From NCBI GenBank assembly GCA_029856145.1, contig JAHQWK010000024.1:32001-96000 (forward strand): a stretch of 64,000 nt of DNA, read 5' to 3'. The stretch comes from Promethearchaeia archaeon (GTDB taxonomy: Archaea; Asgardarchaeota; Lokiarchaeia; Sigyniarchaeales; SOKP01). How positions within the stretch are numbered: the first letter of the stretch is position 1; the number at the start of each line of letters is the position of its first letter. Below, piece after piece: positions 11,102 to 20,446 of this stretch. A model generated the notes under the pieces. It did no database searches. It worked only from the letters and a program-made list of their open reading frames with translations, and was not told where the DNA came from. The translations under genes and the position numbers were made by a program.

Positions 11102-11851
11102 ATGGGCACTAATTACAATCTTGAAAGTTTTAAAAACAAAAAGGATCTTGTTGAGGAATTAAATTATTATAAATCTCTTATTATAAAGAAAATAAAGAAG
11201 GGAGATTATAATTCAGCTTTAGAAAAAGTAAGATCTGCATTAGTATTACTTGAAGAACACCAAGATTCTTTTAATATTAAAAAAGAGCATCTTGAATTTT
11301 ATGAATTAGCCAAACAAGTAAGGTCAGAATTATTGGATCATAGAACAATCTATGATCGCCGTTTCAATAATCTTTTAAGAGAAAAGCTCAATGAATCTAA
11401 TCTTGAAAATTTCTCGAAATTATTAGCCATGTTAAAAAATGATGTAGACCAAAATCTAGATAAATATAATTTAGGAGACATTTGTGCTAATATTAATAAA
11501 TACTTCAGATTTATTAAGAAAATGTATGAAATTCTGAGTTGTTATAAAGTTCTAAATTACCATGATGCTTCTGACAAAATTTTCGAATTTGTGAAAGAAA
11601 TTAAATCCGAGAATTTCCCAAATCTGAAGATGTTGATATTATTAACTTATCAAAATTTAGTAAAAGACAGATTATTCGAGTTTTCAAAGGAATTCGATAA
11701 ACTTCCAATTTCCACTCTTTCTAAAAAAATGGCTATAAACCAAAACCAGTTAATGAATTTTATTAATCTTATAAGAGAGCAACCTAGAAGTCCAATACAA
11801 GATTATAAGTCTAGAACACAAGAAATCGTATTCAAAAGATCGAGATTTTAA
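11102..11851 (+). CDS. Helical-repeat protein with a C-terminal PCI-like winged helix
   Basis: TPR-like helices, then FDKLPISTLSKKMAINQNQLMNFINLI...DYKSRTQEIVF, resembling the PCI consensus. Confidence 0.55.
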   Translation: MGTNYNLESFKNKKDLVEELNYYKSLIIKKIKKGDYNSALEKVRSALVLLEEHQDSFNIKKEHLEFYELAKQVRSELLDHRTIYDRRFNNLLREKLNESNLENFSKLLAMLKNDVDQNLDKYNLGDICANINKYFRFIKKMYEILSCYKVLNYHDASDKIFEFVKEIKSENFPNLKMLILLTYQNLVKDRLFEFSKEFDKLPISTLSKKMAINQNQLMNFINLIREQPRSPIQDYKSRTQEIVFKRSRF

Positions 11852-11863
11852 TATTAATAAGAA

Positions 11864-12787
11864 TCATAAACCCCGATAAAGTTCTGGTCGTAAAGTATCT
11901 TTATGAGTTATTCCATAATTTATGGTACTTAAGATATTTTCTTTTTCTCGATCTAAAATTCCCTTAATGGGTAAATAATTTGAGGCATGATTACTTCGGA
12001 ATATGCATTTTGCATTCTTGTTTTTAAAATCAATTTGATTTATAAAAGTTTTTAATTCTTGAAGAATCTCTATTGAATTCATCTCTAGAAATCCTCCTTT
12101 TAACTTTTTTTTAAAGATTTCAGTCCCTGAAGGAACCATGAGCGTAAGGAATGCAATATACCAAATCCTATCGTCATCCGGACATATTTTATTAACCAAA
12201 TCAGCTGATTCTAAAGCATGTTCTTGTGAAATTTCAGGATTATTTCCACCACCAAGGCCATTTATTAACGTTGCTGATAAAGTTATTCCAGCTTTCATCA
12301 ATTTTTTAGAAGCTTTAATGTGATCTGATTTATTTGCTTGTTTGTGTACCATTTCAAGTAAATTATCAGAACCAGACTCAAAACCAACATAAGCGATTTT
12401 AAGACCCGCCTCAAACAACATTTTTAGTTGTTCATCTGATTTTTTAAGTATATCTTTAGAGTGAGCATATACACCACACCTTTCTAAATTTGGAAAAAGT
12501 GTATATGCATATTTAGTTACATCTAATAGCTTCTCAGTAGGGGTAACCATTGCATTTCCATCTAAGAAAAAAATTTTTTTCACATTTGATCCATATTGTT
12601 TTCTTGCAATATCTAAATCTTTTTTTACTAATTTTACATCCCTAACTAAAAATTTTTTGCGAAGATTTGACATACAAAAATCGCATTTAAATGTACAACC
12701 TTCAGTTAATTGAATTAATAGAGAATATGCTTCACTTGGAGGTCTGAATACAGGTTGGCAATAATAAATTTCTTCCTTGTTTTGCAT
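11864..12787 (-). CDS. Radical SAM protein
   Basis: RPPSEAYS, CTFKCDFC (CxxxCxxC), GFESGS, NHASNYL. Confidence 0.9.
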   Translation of the reverse strand: MQNKEEIYYCQPVFRPPSEAYSLLIQLTEGCTFKCDFCMSNLRKKFLVRDVKLVKKDLDIARKQYGSNVKKIFFLDGNAMVTPTEKLLDVTKYAYTLFPNLERCGVYAHSKDILKKSDEQLKMLFEAGLKIAYVGFESGSDNLLEMVHKQANKSDHIKASKKLMKAGITLSATLINGLGGGNNPEISQEHALESADLVNKICPDDDRIWYIAFLTLMVPSGTEIFKKKLKGGFLEMNSIEILQELKTFINQIDFKNKNAKCIFRSNHASNYLPIKGILDREKENILSTINYGITHKDTLRPELYRGL

Positions 12788-12825
12788 TATTTAGTAAAAA
12801 AATAGTTATAATATTTTAATAGATT

Positions 12826-13521
12826 TCATTTCTTATCATCTGCATCAGCAGGTTTTTTCGGACAAGAATTTAGGTGGCGTCCAAGTCTAATAAATTCTTT
12901 GTTACAATAAGGGCATATCTTTTTTTCGGTAGATGTACTAGCTTTTCCTTCTGAATCTGTACTAACCTTTTTTCGTTTTTTCTTAAGCTTCGAAGGTATA
13001 ATATCCTCTATACTTGCGTCGTCAGGTGCAAACTCACAACTCTGAATATGCGAAGCCAGATTTTCCACGAACTCACCACAAAATGGACATTCATTAGTAA
13101 TATCAGCAAATTCTTCTGAATCTTCTAAACTCGCCTTTCCAGTTTTTCTTTTTTCAAATTTTAATGGAGTTTCTTCATCTTCTTCCTCAAATTCGTCAAG
13201 TGTTAAGTCAATTTCATTCTTAGATGTTATTTCTGCAATTTCAAACTCTTCTAATCTAATTTCTCTTTCCTTTATTTTTTTTTCAGCTATCTTTTTACTC
13301 TCTTCATATACTTCAGAAAAGCGTCGACTATTTTTACCTGGGTCATACAACCTGCATACTTGGCAGACAAATGCTCGAGAGCCTAAAGTTAGATCTCTGG
13401 CAATACAGTAGCACAAAGATTGAAGACTGTTACTGATATTACCTTTTGGCTCAAGGTTTTTACACACAATTTTTCTTGAATATTTAATTTTCTGTTTACG
13501 TCGCGGCATAATGTAAATCAC
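12826..13521 (-). CDS. Protein with two C2HC zinc fingers and an N-terminal Cys cluster
   Basis: CPFCGEFVENLASHIQSC and CPYCNKEFIRLGRHLNSC; N-terminal CYC...CQVC; likely start ATG at 13509. Confidence 0.75.
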   Translation of the reverse strand: MIYIMPRRKQKIKYSRKIVCKNLEPKGNISNSLQSLCYCIARDLTLGSRAFVCQVCRLYDPGKNSRRFSEVYEESKKIAEKKIKEREIRLEEFEIAEITSKNEIDLTLDEFEEEDEETPLKFEKRKTGKASLEDSEEFADITNECPFCGEFVENLASHIQSCEFAPDDASIEDIIPSKLKKKRKKVSTDSEGKASTSTEKKICPYCNKEFIRLGRHLNSCPKKPADADDKK

Positions 13522-13610
13522 TAAAAAGAAGTATATAAAATAGTGATACTTAAAATTTAATTTTTTTGGATTGCAGTTTAATAAATAGATTTTTTTTTTA
13601 AAAATTTAAT

Positions 13611-15230
13611 CTAAAAATTAAAATTTATATTTTTGAGATCTTTAATAATTTTTTTCTTTAAATCAATGTTTTCTAAATTTAACAATAACTCTTCAACTAT
13701 ATCTCTTAATTCTACAACTTTTTGAATAAGTAATTCTGGCTTATTCCAAAAATCTGTTCTTAATGGATGCATTTTTAAGATAGCTTTATTAAAATTTTCA
13801 ATTGCTGCTCGATAAAAAAGGCAAGCATTTTCTAATTTATTAAGTCGTGATTGATAGATTGAGCCAATTTTATTAAAACACATTCCTGCGCCAGCAAAAT
13901 CGCCTTCTTTTTCAAAATTTACGGCAGCATCTTGAATTTTATTTAAAGCTTCGTCCAAAACCTCATTGTCTCCCTTCTTTAATAGTACATATCCTTTAAT
14001 ATAATATACAACCCCTAAATAAAAACGATGATTTTGTTGTTTAGCAAGTTTAAATAACTTGTCAACAAATTCTTCAGCAATGGGTAGATGTTCATTAGAG
14101 ATACATATTTGGGAGGCATTCCTTAATAACTCTAATACTCTCTCAAAATCTTTAATTTCTTTATATTTTTCAATCCCCTGCCTGAATCGTTCGACTCCTG
14201 TAATAGCATCTTTTTTTTTAAAAGCCAGATTTCCTTCATAAATCAATTGTTCAGCCTCTTCTTTTATTTTGTTCTCCTTCTGCTTTTTTTTCTCTTCGCT
14301 CTCACCATAAAAAAAGTCATTAACTCCAAATGCGATATCTTGAGTCATAGGAATTTCAGTTAATATATCCTTATTTGAAAAATCATTTTGATTAGAGGAA
14401 TAATGATAAGTCCTTTCATCTTCTAATGGTTTTGCTCTTGATGGTACTTGAGTATTTTTTTCTAATGCAAATTCTTCTTTATAAGCAGATTGTAAAGGTT
14501 TTCCTTCGGTTACCAATGCAGACAGCTCGGATAAAACATTTGCAAAAAAATATTTATTTAATCCATCCACAACATAATCTACTTTATGATAGTTATTATC
14601 AAACACAGGATCATTAATATCCATATTTACATTTGTTATTCTATAAATTTCAAATCCCGTATCATATTTAGTCATAGCATACTCAGAACCATCTTCGCTT
14701 TTTATAACTTCTTCTTTTTTCTTTCCTAAGAGAGTATGATCAAATACTAACCCACAAAAATCATTATTATTCTGTTGAAAGCCTAATTGGTTAATTAAAT
14801 CTATGTAAGAAAAAAATAAGTTTAAACCTGGATGACTATGGAACCATCCAACCATATAATACTTTTTTCCTTCTTTATCAAGTCTTTCTTGTATTTCCTC
14901 AATAAATCCATAATGTCTTTCATCCAACTGGACATCTGTAGCATGTCCAAATGTTAAAGCTTCAGCACGTTCAACGTATACTAAATCTTCATCAGAATAC
15001 CCAATTAATATACCATATATTTCTTTCCATTCTTCAGGAGGAATTGATTTATTTGCATATCTACTTGTATATAAAATTATTGTCTTATAAGCATCTGCTC
15101 TAATAACAACAGGCTTAGTACTTTTTTCTGTTTGCTTTTCACCTTTAATTTCTTCTTTTTCCGAATCAGCTTCTAAATTTTCTTTTTTGGGAACTTCGTC
15201 ATTATTAGTTTTCTTGAACTCCTCTGTCAT
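13611..15230 (-). CDS. MPN+/JAMM metalloisopeptidase (Rpn11/CSN5-like) fused to C-terminal TPR (alpha-SNAP-like) repeats
   Basis: EIYGILIG and GWFHSHPGLNLFFSYID give an intact E...HxH-x7-S-xx-D motif; C-terminal helical repeats. Confidence 0.85.
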   Translation of the reverse strand: MTEEFKKTNNDEVPKKENLEADSEKEEIKGEKQTEKSTKPVVIRADAYKTIILYTSRYANKSIPPEEWKEIYGILIGYSDEDLVYVERAEALTFGHATDVQLDERHYGFIEEIQERLDKEGKKYYMVGWFHSHPGLNLFFSYIDLINQLGFQQNNNDFCGLVFDHTLLGKKKEEVIKSEDGSEYAMTKYDTGFEIYRITNVNMDINDPVFDNNYHKVDYVVDGLNKYFFANVLSELSALVTEGKPLQSAYKEEFALEKNTQVPSRAKPLEDERTYHYSSNQNDFSNKDILTEIPMTQDIAFGVNDFFYGESEEKKKQKENKIKEEAEQLIYEGNLAFKKKDAITGVERFRQGIEKYKEIKDFERVLELLRNASQICISNEHLPIAEEFVDKLFKLAKQQNHRFYLGVVYYIKGYVLLKKGDNEVLDEALNKIQDAAVNFEKEGDFAGAGMCFNKIGSIYQSRLNKLENACLFYRAAIENFNKAILKMHPLRTDFWNKPELLIQKVVELRDIVEELLLNLENIDLKKKIIKDLKNINFNF

Positions 15231-15346
15231 TTCAACATTTCCTAATTTAATTATTATTTCTAAAAAAATAATAAGTGTATTCTTAATTAAAATTATGCTT
15301 AAAAATTTATATTAACGGATTTTAGCAAATAGATTAGAATTGAATT

Positions 15347-15907
15347 TCATTTTTTTTTAGAAATTACCTTTCTAAACCGCTCTTTTATTTCTTCTGGAAG
15401 TAAGGGGATATTTTTCACCTGTGCATTTCCTGGTTGAGCTTTAATAAGCACAAAATGACAACCTAATGTTAAATTCTCTAATATAGGTTTAATCTGTTCC
15501 TCTTTATCAATAACTGTGATTGAGTTAAATCCAGCGCCTTTAGCGATTATTTCCAACCTTGTTCTATTACTTGTATACGTTTTTTGATCCCCTGTAGATC
15601 CATAAGAAGAATTATCAATAACTATCAGAGTTAAATTATTCGGGTCATTATTCGCTAATGTGCTTAAACTGCCAAGATTCATTAAAATAGAACCATCACC
15701 ATCAATACAAATTACTTTTTTCTCAGGTTTAGAAATCGCGATACCAAATGCAATTGAACTTGATAAGCCCATTGAACCTAACATATAAAAATTTTCTTCT
15801 CGATCCAATATATCATATAATTCCCTTGAAGGTGCACCAAGGTTACAAACAATTAATTCATCATCTAATGACTCTACTATTTTTTTTATAGCATCGTATC
15901 TTTTCAT
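15347..15907 (-). CDS. comE: Sulfopyruvate decarboxylase beta subunit (TPP-binding)
   Basis: NFYMLGSMGL, GDGSILMN TPP motif, DNSSYGSTGDQ. Confidence 0.85.
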   Translation of the reverse strand: MKRYDAIKKIVESLDDELIVCNLGAPSRELYDILDREENFYMLGSMGLSSSIAFGIAISKPEKKVICIDGDGSILMNLGSLSTLANNDPNNLTLIVIDNSSYGSTGDQKTYTSNRTRLEIIAKGAGFNSITVIDKEEQIKPILENLTLGCHFVLIKAQPGNAQVKNIPLLPEEIKERFRKVISKKK

Positions 15908-15908
15908 G

Positions 15909-16403
15909 TCATTCCCTCCACAAATTCCTTTTTAAAAGGATGCCAACTAAATTTTTTGATTTTTCACTAATAATTACTGCTTTATTTATTTCAATGACAT
16001 TATCTACTGAATTAATAATGAATTTTCTAATATTTAATAAATCTAAGAGATCTGGCGTAAGTTTACCCATTGGAATTTGAGCTGAAATCTTTTCTCCCTC
16101 AGCACCTCTATGACTCATTATAAATATAACAGGAATCTTATATAGTTGCAATAATGATTTTATAGCATTTACTGAATTACCTAATCCAGAATTTTGCATC
16201 AATATTGCTGGTGTTCGTCCTCCCAAATAAGCACCTGCTGCAATTCCCATTCCCTCTTCTTCACGCGTTATTGGAATATGCTGAATCTCATTTTTTTCAT
16301 CAATAAGTTTCAAAAGACCTTTTAGCAAAATACAGGGTAATGATAATATCAAATTTATTCCAGATTTTTTAATAGCCTCATATAATAAAATATCTGTATC
16401 CAT
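15909..16403 (-). CDS. comD: Sulfopyruvate decarboxylase alpha subunit
   Basis: SLPC, TREEEGMGIAAGAYLGG, MQNSGLGN, SHRG...AQIPMG; 1 bp from comE. Confidence 0.85.
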   Translation of the reverse strand: MDTDILLYEAIKKSGINLILSLPCILLKGLLKLIDEKNEIQHIPITREEEGMGIAAGAYLGGRTPAILMQNSGLGNSVNAIKSLLQLYKIPVIFIMSHRGAEGEKISAQIPMGKLTPDLLDLLNIRKFIINSVDNVIEINKAVIISEKSKNLVGILLKRNLWRE

Positions 16404-16610
16404 AATACTAATGTCTAATTTTACTTAATTTAATTATAATCATTAATTTTCAAATATCTTTAAAGCTTAAGAATAAACTAAAGTTAGATTTTACTAACAA
16501 TAAATAATTACATTAAAGTTATTTCAAGATCATTATTTAAGTAATATTGTTTACAGAAAATTTAAGTAAATTTAGTGATTAATAAATTTGATTCAATCAA
16601 ATATTAGAAG

Positions 16611-16997
16611 GTGAATAAAATAGTAATTGAATTAGTTGCTTCAATTTATATAATTATAATAGGAATCGCATTGCTATGTATGTGGCTCTTGTTATTAATA
16701 AAGAGAGAAGTACCCGAACTTAATACTAAGCCAACACAAATATTTTTTCATTTAGTTGCTGAATTTCTGACATCTATAATGCTTATAATTGGAGGGATTG
16801 GATTGATAATGAATCAATTTTGGGGTGTAGCAGTATTCTTTATTGCTATTGGAATGGCTATCTATTCTACCATAAACGCAGCAGGTTTTTATGGGCAGTT
16901 AAAAGATTGGCCTATGTTTATTACTTTATTAGTATTTACATTTATTTCTCTTTTAATCACATCATTAATCTTAATTATCGAGTTCCAAATATCATGA
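16611..16997 (+). CDS. Small hypothetical membrane protein (about 4 TM)
   Basis: Hydrophobic helices; FHLVAEFLT. Confidence 0.7.
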   Translation: MNKIVIELVASIYIIIIGIALLCMWLLLLIKREVPELNTKPTQIFFHLVAEFLTSIMLIIGGIGLIMNQFWGVAVFFIAIGMAIYSTINAAGFYGQLKDWPMFITLLVFTFISLLITSLILIIEFQIS

Positions 16998-17004
16998 TAA
17001 AAAC

Positions 17005-18219
17005 TTAAATAATCCCTTTTTTCCTAAATTCCCGAATATCTTCATCTGAATATCCAAAGTTTTTAAGAATCTCCATTGTATGTTGGCCAAGTTTAGGAGC
17101 AAGTTCTTTTATCTTTAATGGTGTTCGTGAATATTTTATAGGTGAAGCTACATTTTGAATTTTCCCAAACTTTGGATGATCCATTTCAATGATCATATTA
17201 CGTGCTTTAATCTGAGGGTCCTCACAAGCTTCAGCAAAAGACTTTACTGGCATGATACAAGCGTCGAGATTTTTAAAAATATCCATCCATTCTTTTTGAG
17301 TTTTTTTTAAAAATTCTTTTTGTAACTCTATAAAGACTTTTTCTCTTTCTTCTCCCTGAGCAAATTGTTTTAGAAATAAATCATCACGTCCTAGAGCTTC
17401 ACATAATACTCGCCAGAACTTGACTTCAATAATCCCTATAGATAAAAATTTATTATCTTTTGTTTTGTAAATGTTGTAAAAAGGAAAATCTCCATGTAAG
17501 GGATTTTGTGTTTCAACTCCATCATTTAAATCTTTAGAAAAATGGTAGGCAGCTACGAGGGGCATAAAAGAAAAAACAGAATCTGTCATTGATATATCTA
17601 TATATTGTCCCTTTCTTTCAAGGTTCTTCTCTCTTTCGATTATTGCACCTAAAATACCTATAGCTGTAACTAGTCCGCCCCCTATATCCGCAACTTGAAC
17701 ACCTGGATTTATCGGCTTTTTTTCTTGAGATTCGTCACCATAAACCTTTCGTTCCCTATTTAAATCCAAAATGCCACATATTCCAATGTAATTAAGATCA
17801 TGACCTGCTATTTGCTCATATGGGCCATATTGGCCATAACCCGTTAGAGAACAACAGATTATTGATGGATTAATTGTAGTTAACGTTTTATAGTCAATTT
17901 TCAATTTATTCGTAACCTTAGGTCGAAAAGAATCAAGAACTACATCCGCTTCTTTTACCAATTTATAAAAAATTTCTCGAGCTTTTTCCTTTTTTAAATT
18001 AAGTGTAATTGACTTTTTATTTCTATTAAGAATTGAAGTAAAAGCACTCTCACGATATCTTCCTTTTTGAAAGAATGGAGGTGGTTGACCATAAAAATAA
18101 CGAGGATCTTCTACCCTAATAACATTAGCACCAAGATCAGAGAGTATCATGGAACAAAAAGGTCCAGGTAGCATTCTCGTTAGATCTAATATAATTTTCC
18201 CTTCCAAAGGTAATGACAT
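17005..18219 (-). CDS. Family III CoA-transferase (CaiB/BaiF, alpha-methylacyl-CoA racemase-like)
   Basis: LPGPFCSMILSDLGA, NRNKKSI, GHDLNY, APKLGQHT; start moved to MSLPLEG to remove the overlap with the upstream gene. Confidence 0.9.
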   Translation of the reverse strand: MSLPLEGKIILDLTRMLPGPFCSMILSDLGANVIRVEDPRYFYGQPPPFFQKGRYRESAFTSILNRNKKSITLNLKKEKAREIFYKLVKEADVVLDSFRPKVTNKLKIDYKTLTTINPSIICCSLTGYGQYGPYEQIAGHDLNYIGICGILDLNRERKVYGDESQEKKPINPGVQVADIGGGLVTAIGILGAIIEREKNLERKGQYIDISMTDSVFSFMPLVAAYHFSKDLNDGVETQNPLHGDFPFYNIYKTKDNKFLSIGIIEVKFWRVLCEALGRDDLFLKQFAQGEEREKVFIELQKEFLKKTQKEWMDIFKNLDACIMPVKSFAEACEDPQIKARNMIIEMDHPKFGKIQNVASPIKYSRTPLKIKELAPKLGQHTMEILKNFGYSDEDIREFRKKGII

Positions 18220-18280
18220 AATAATTAAAAAATTATATAACATAAAAGTATAAGTAAAAAGCTTGAAATCATAAAGGAAT

Positions 18281-19693
18281 TTATTTTTTCCTTCTTTGAA
18301 TCCATTCAATATTTCCTTTTTTACTTAATCTAAATATTTCATATTCATTATTTTTCAAGAGGATCATCCAAGATGATTTAGTAAGGAATTTAATAAGTTC
18401 TTCAGTATCACTTAACTCTTTAACAATTAATTTTGATGTAAAATTAGTTGTGATAAATTTAACATCTCTTATTATCTCTGATTTATTAGCTAGCTTATCT
18501 GAATCATTTAATTCATAAGTAGATAAATCCCATAAAGAATTTGGAATAAAATCTTCCTCAAGATTTTTTATATCAAGAACTTTTATGTTCTTAAACTTAT
18601 CAGAAATTTCAATTTCTGATATTTGGTTAAATCCAATGTAAAGATGCTGTAATTTTCTTAATTTTTCAAGCCGATTAATCTTGATTATTTTGTTATTTCT
18701 TAAGTCTAAAAATTTTAACTTTCTAAGATTTTCTAATCCTTTTATTTCTTTTATTTGATTATAACTTAAATCTAGAAATTCTAGCTTAGTAAGCTTATCG
18801 ATTCCTTTGATTTCTGATATCATATTATTACTAAGATCTAACCTCCTTAAATTAGTAAGCTTTTCTAATCCCTTTATTTCTGATATATGATTATTTCGAA
18901 GATTTAGCACTTCTAAATTTGAATGCTTTTCAAATTCTTTAATATCAGATATTTTATTATCAAATAACATTAAATATTTCAAATTAGGAAGACAATTTAT
19001 ACCTTCTATTACAGAAATCTCATTATTATTTAAGTATAGAAACTCAATTTTTTCTAAATTTGATAATCCCTTTATTTTCATAATCCTATTTCCTTGTAAA
19101 TGTAAAGACGTCAGATTGGTTAATGTATCTAAACCTTTGATTTCTGGTATTTGATTATAATTTAGATATAATTTCTGTAAATCGATAAGATTTTCCAAAT
19201 TTTTAACTTTTTCAATATTATCAATGTTATTATTATTGAGATTAATGATAGGATAATCCTTAGAAGGAAAAAATATATTTCCTTCAAAATTTACGAATTT
19301 TACAATTTTTAACAGAGATTTTAATTTCTCATTTGAAATTTTTTCTAATAGTTTAATTATTTGAACCAAACAAAATGAGTTGTTATCATGTTTTAACACC
19401 CATGAAATAGGTTTTATCGCTCTTTCTGGAAAATTAAATATTATAACACTTGCTGCTTGTCCTCGCACCTGATCATTCAAATCTGAGATTAGTAAATTCT
19501 CGAGGAAATTAAACACTTTTTCACCTTTAGGATATATTAATCCTAAAAATTTTAAACTTAATATCCTAGTCTTATCATCATTATCATGGATATCATCAAT
19601 TACTGATATTAATAAGTCTGAAGCTTGATTTTTATTTAATATTTTATTCTTAAAATCCTCATAAATCTTAATTGGCGTTAGAACTGGCATCAA
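18281..19693 (-). CDS. HEAT-repeat plus SDS22-like leucine-rich-repeat protein
   Basis: About ten 22-aa repeats LxxLxLxxNxIxxIxGL; N-terminal LISDLNDQVRGQAA. Confidence 0.85.
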   Translation of the reverse strand: MMPVLTPIKIYEDFKNKILNKNQASDLLISVIDDIHDNDDKTRILSLKFLGLIYPKGEKVFNFLENLLISDLNDQVRGQAASVIIFNFPERAIKPISWVLKHDNNSFCLVQIIKLLEKISNEKLKSLLKIVKFVNFEGNIFFPSKDYPIINLNNNNIDNIEKVKNLENLIDLQKLYLNYNQIPEIKGLDTLTNLTSLHLQGNRIMKIKGLSNLEKIEFLYLNNNEISVIEGINCLPNLKYLMLFDNKISDIKEFEKHSNLEVLNLRNNHISEIKGLEKLTNLRRLDLSNNMISEIKGIDKLTKLEFLDLSYNQIKEIKGLENLRKLKFLDLRNNKIIKINRLEKLRKLQHLYIGFNQISEIEISDKFKNIKVLDIKNLEEDFIPNSLWDLSTYELNDSDKLANKSEIIRDVKFITTNFTSKLIVKELSDTEELIKFLTKSSWMILLKNNEYEIFRLSKKGNIEWIQRRKK

Positions 19694-19813
19694 ATTAATA
19701 AATTCATGAAATTAAATGATGATTTATTACTAATTTATCTTATTTTTTAAAAATAATAAGATAATTAAAAGATACTATTTATTAATTAAAAAAGAAAAAA
19801 AATTATTTGAATG

Positions 19814-20326
19814 CTACAACTCAATTATTTCAGATTCCATTCTTTCTGTATCTACAATAGCAAAAGTAGCTTTACCCGTTATGTAACCACAAATTTCACC
19901 GGGATTAATCACTAAAGTACCATTATCCAACTTTTTATTAGATAAGAAATGTGTATGACCTGATAGAATTATATCAAAATTACCTGAATTTCCTAAGGCT
20001 TCTATTGTCTGTTCTCTGGGCATGTGAGATGCAAAAATTCGTTTACCACCTAATTCTAAAATCAATTCATTCCCATTCTGAGGAAATTCACATATTTGAC
20101 CTAAATTTTCTTTTAGAAAAAGACGTTCTCCATCATTATTTCCAAAGACCCCCAAAAAATTCTTTTTTATAGAGTCATTTAATTCGTTAAACCATCTCCT
20201 AACAAATGGTGCAACATAATCTCCACAGTGTATAAGTGCATCAACATTTCTTTCATTTATTATAGAAATTGCTTTTAAGATGTTAATTTTGTGGTCATGG
20301 GAATCGGAAATTACCGCAATTTTCAT
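19814..20326 (-). CDS. Metallophosphoesterase, YfcE/MJ0936 family
   Basis: SDSH, HCGD, GNND, GHTH, NPG motifs. Confidence 0.9.
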   Translation of the reverse strand: MKIAVISDSHDHKINILKAISIINERNVDALIHCGDYVAPFVRRWFNELNDSIKKNFLGVFGNNDGERLFLKENLGQICEFPQNGNELILELGGKRIFASHMPREQTIEALGNSGNFDIILSGHTHFLSNKKLDNGTLVINPGEICGYITGKATFAIVDTERMESEIIEL

Positions 20327-20446
20327 TCTTAAAACTCTCCTTTTATATAGAATTTTTAGGTTTTGTATATAATAAAAATAAATTATTAAATGTTTTATAT
20401 TAATATTATTGCATTAGTTAAACTAAAGCAAATTTTTGTTTTTATC

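Noticed and set aside
19814-20326. Vps29 (retromer) call
   Set aside because: The full metal-binding motif set fits the ordinary YfcE/MJ0936 phosphoesterases; nothing specific to Vps29 was seen.
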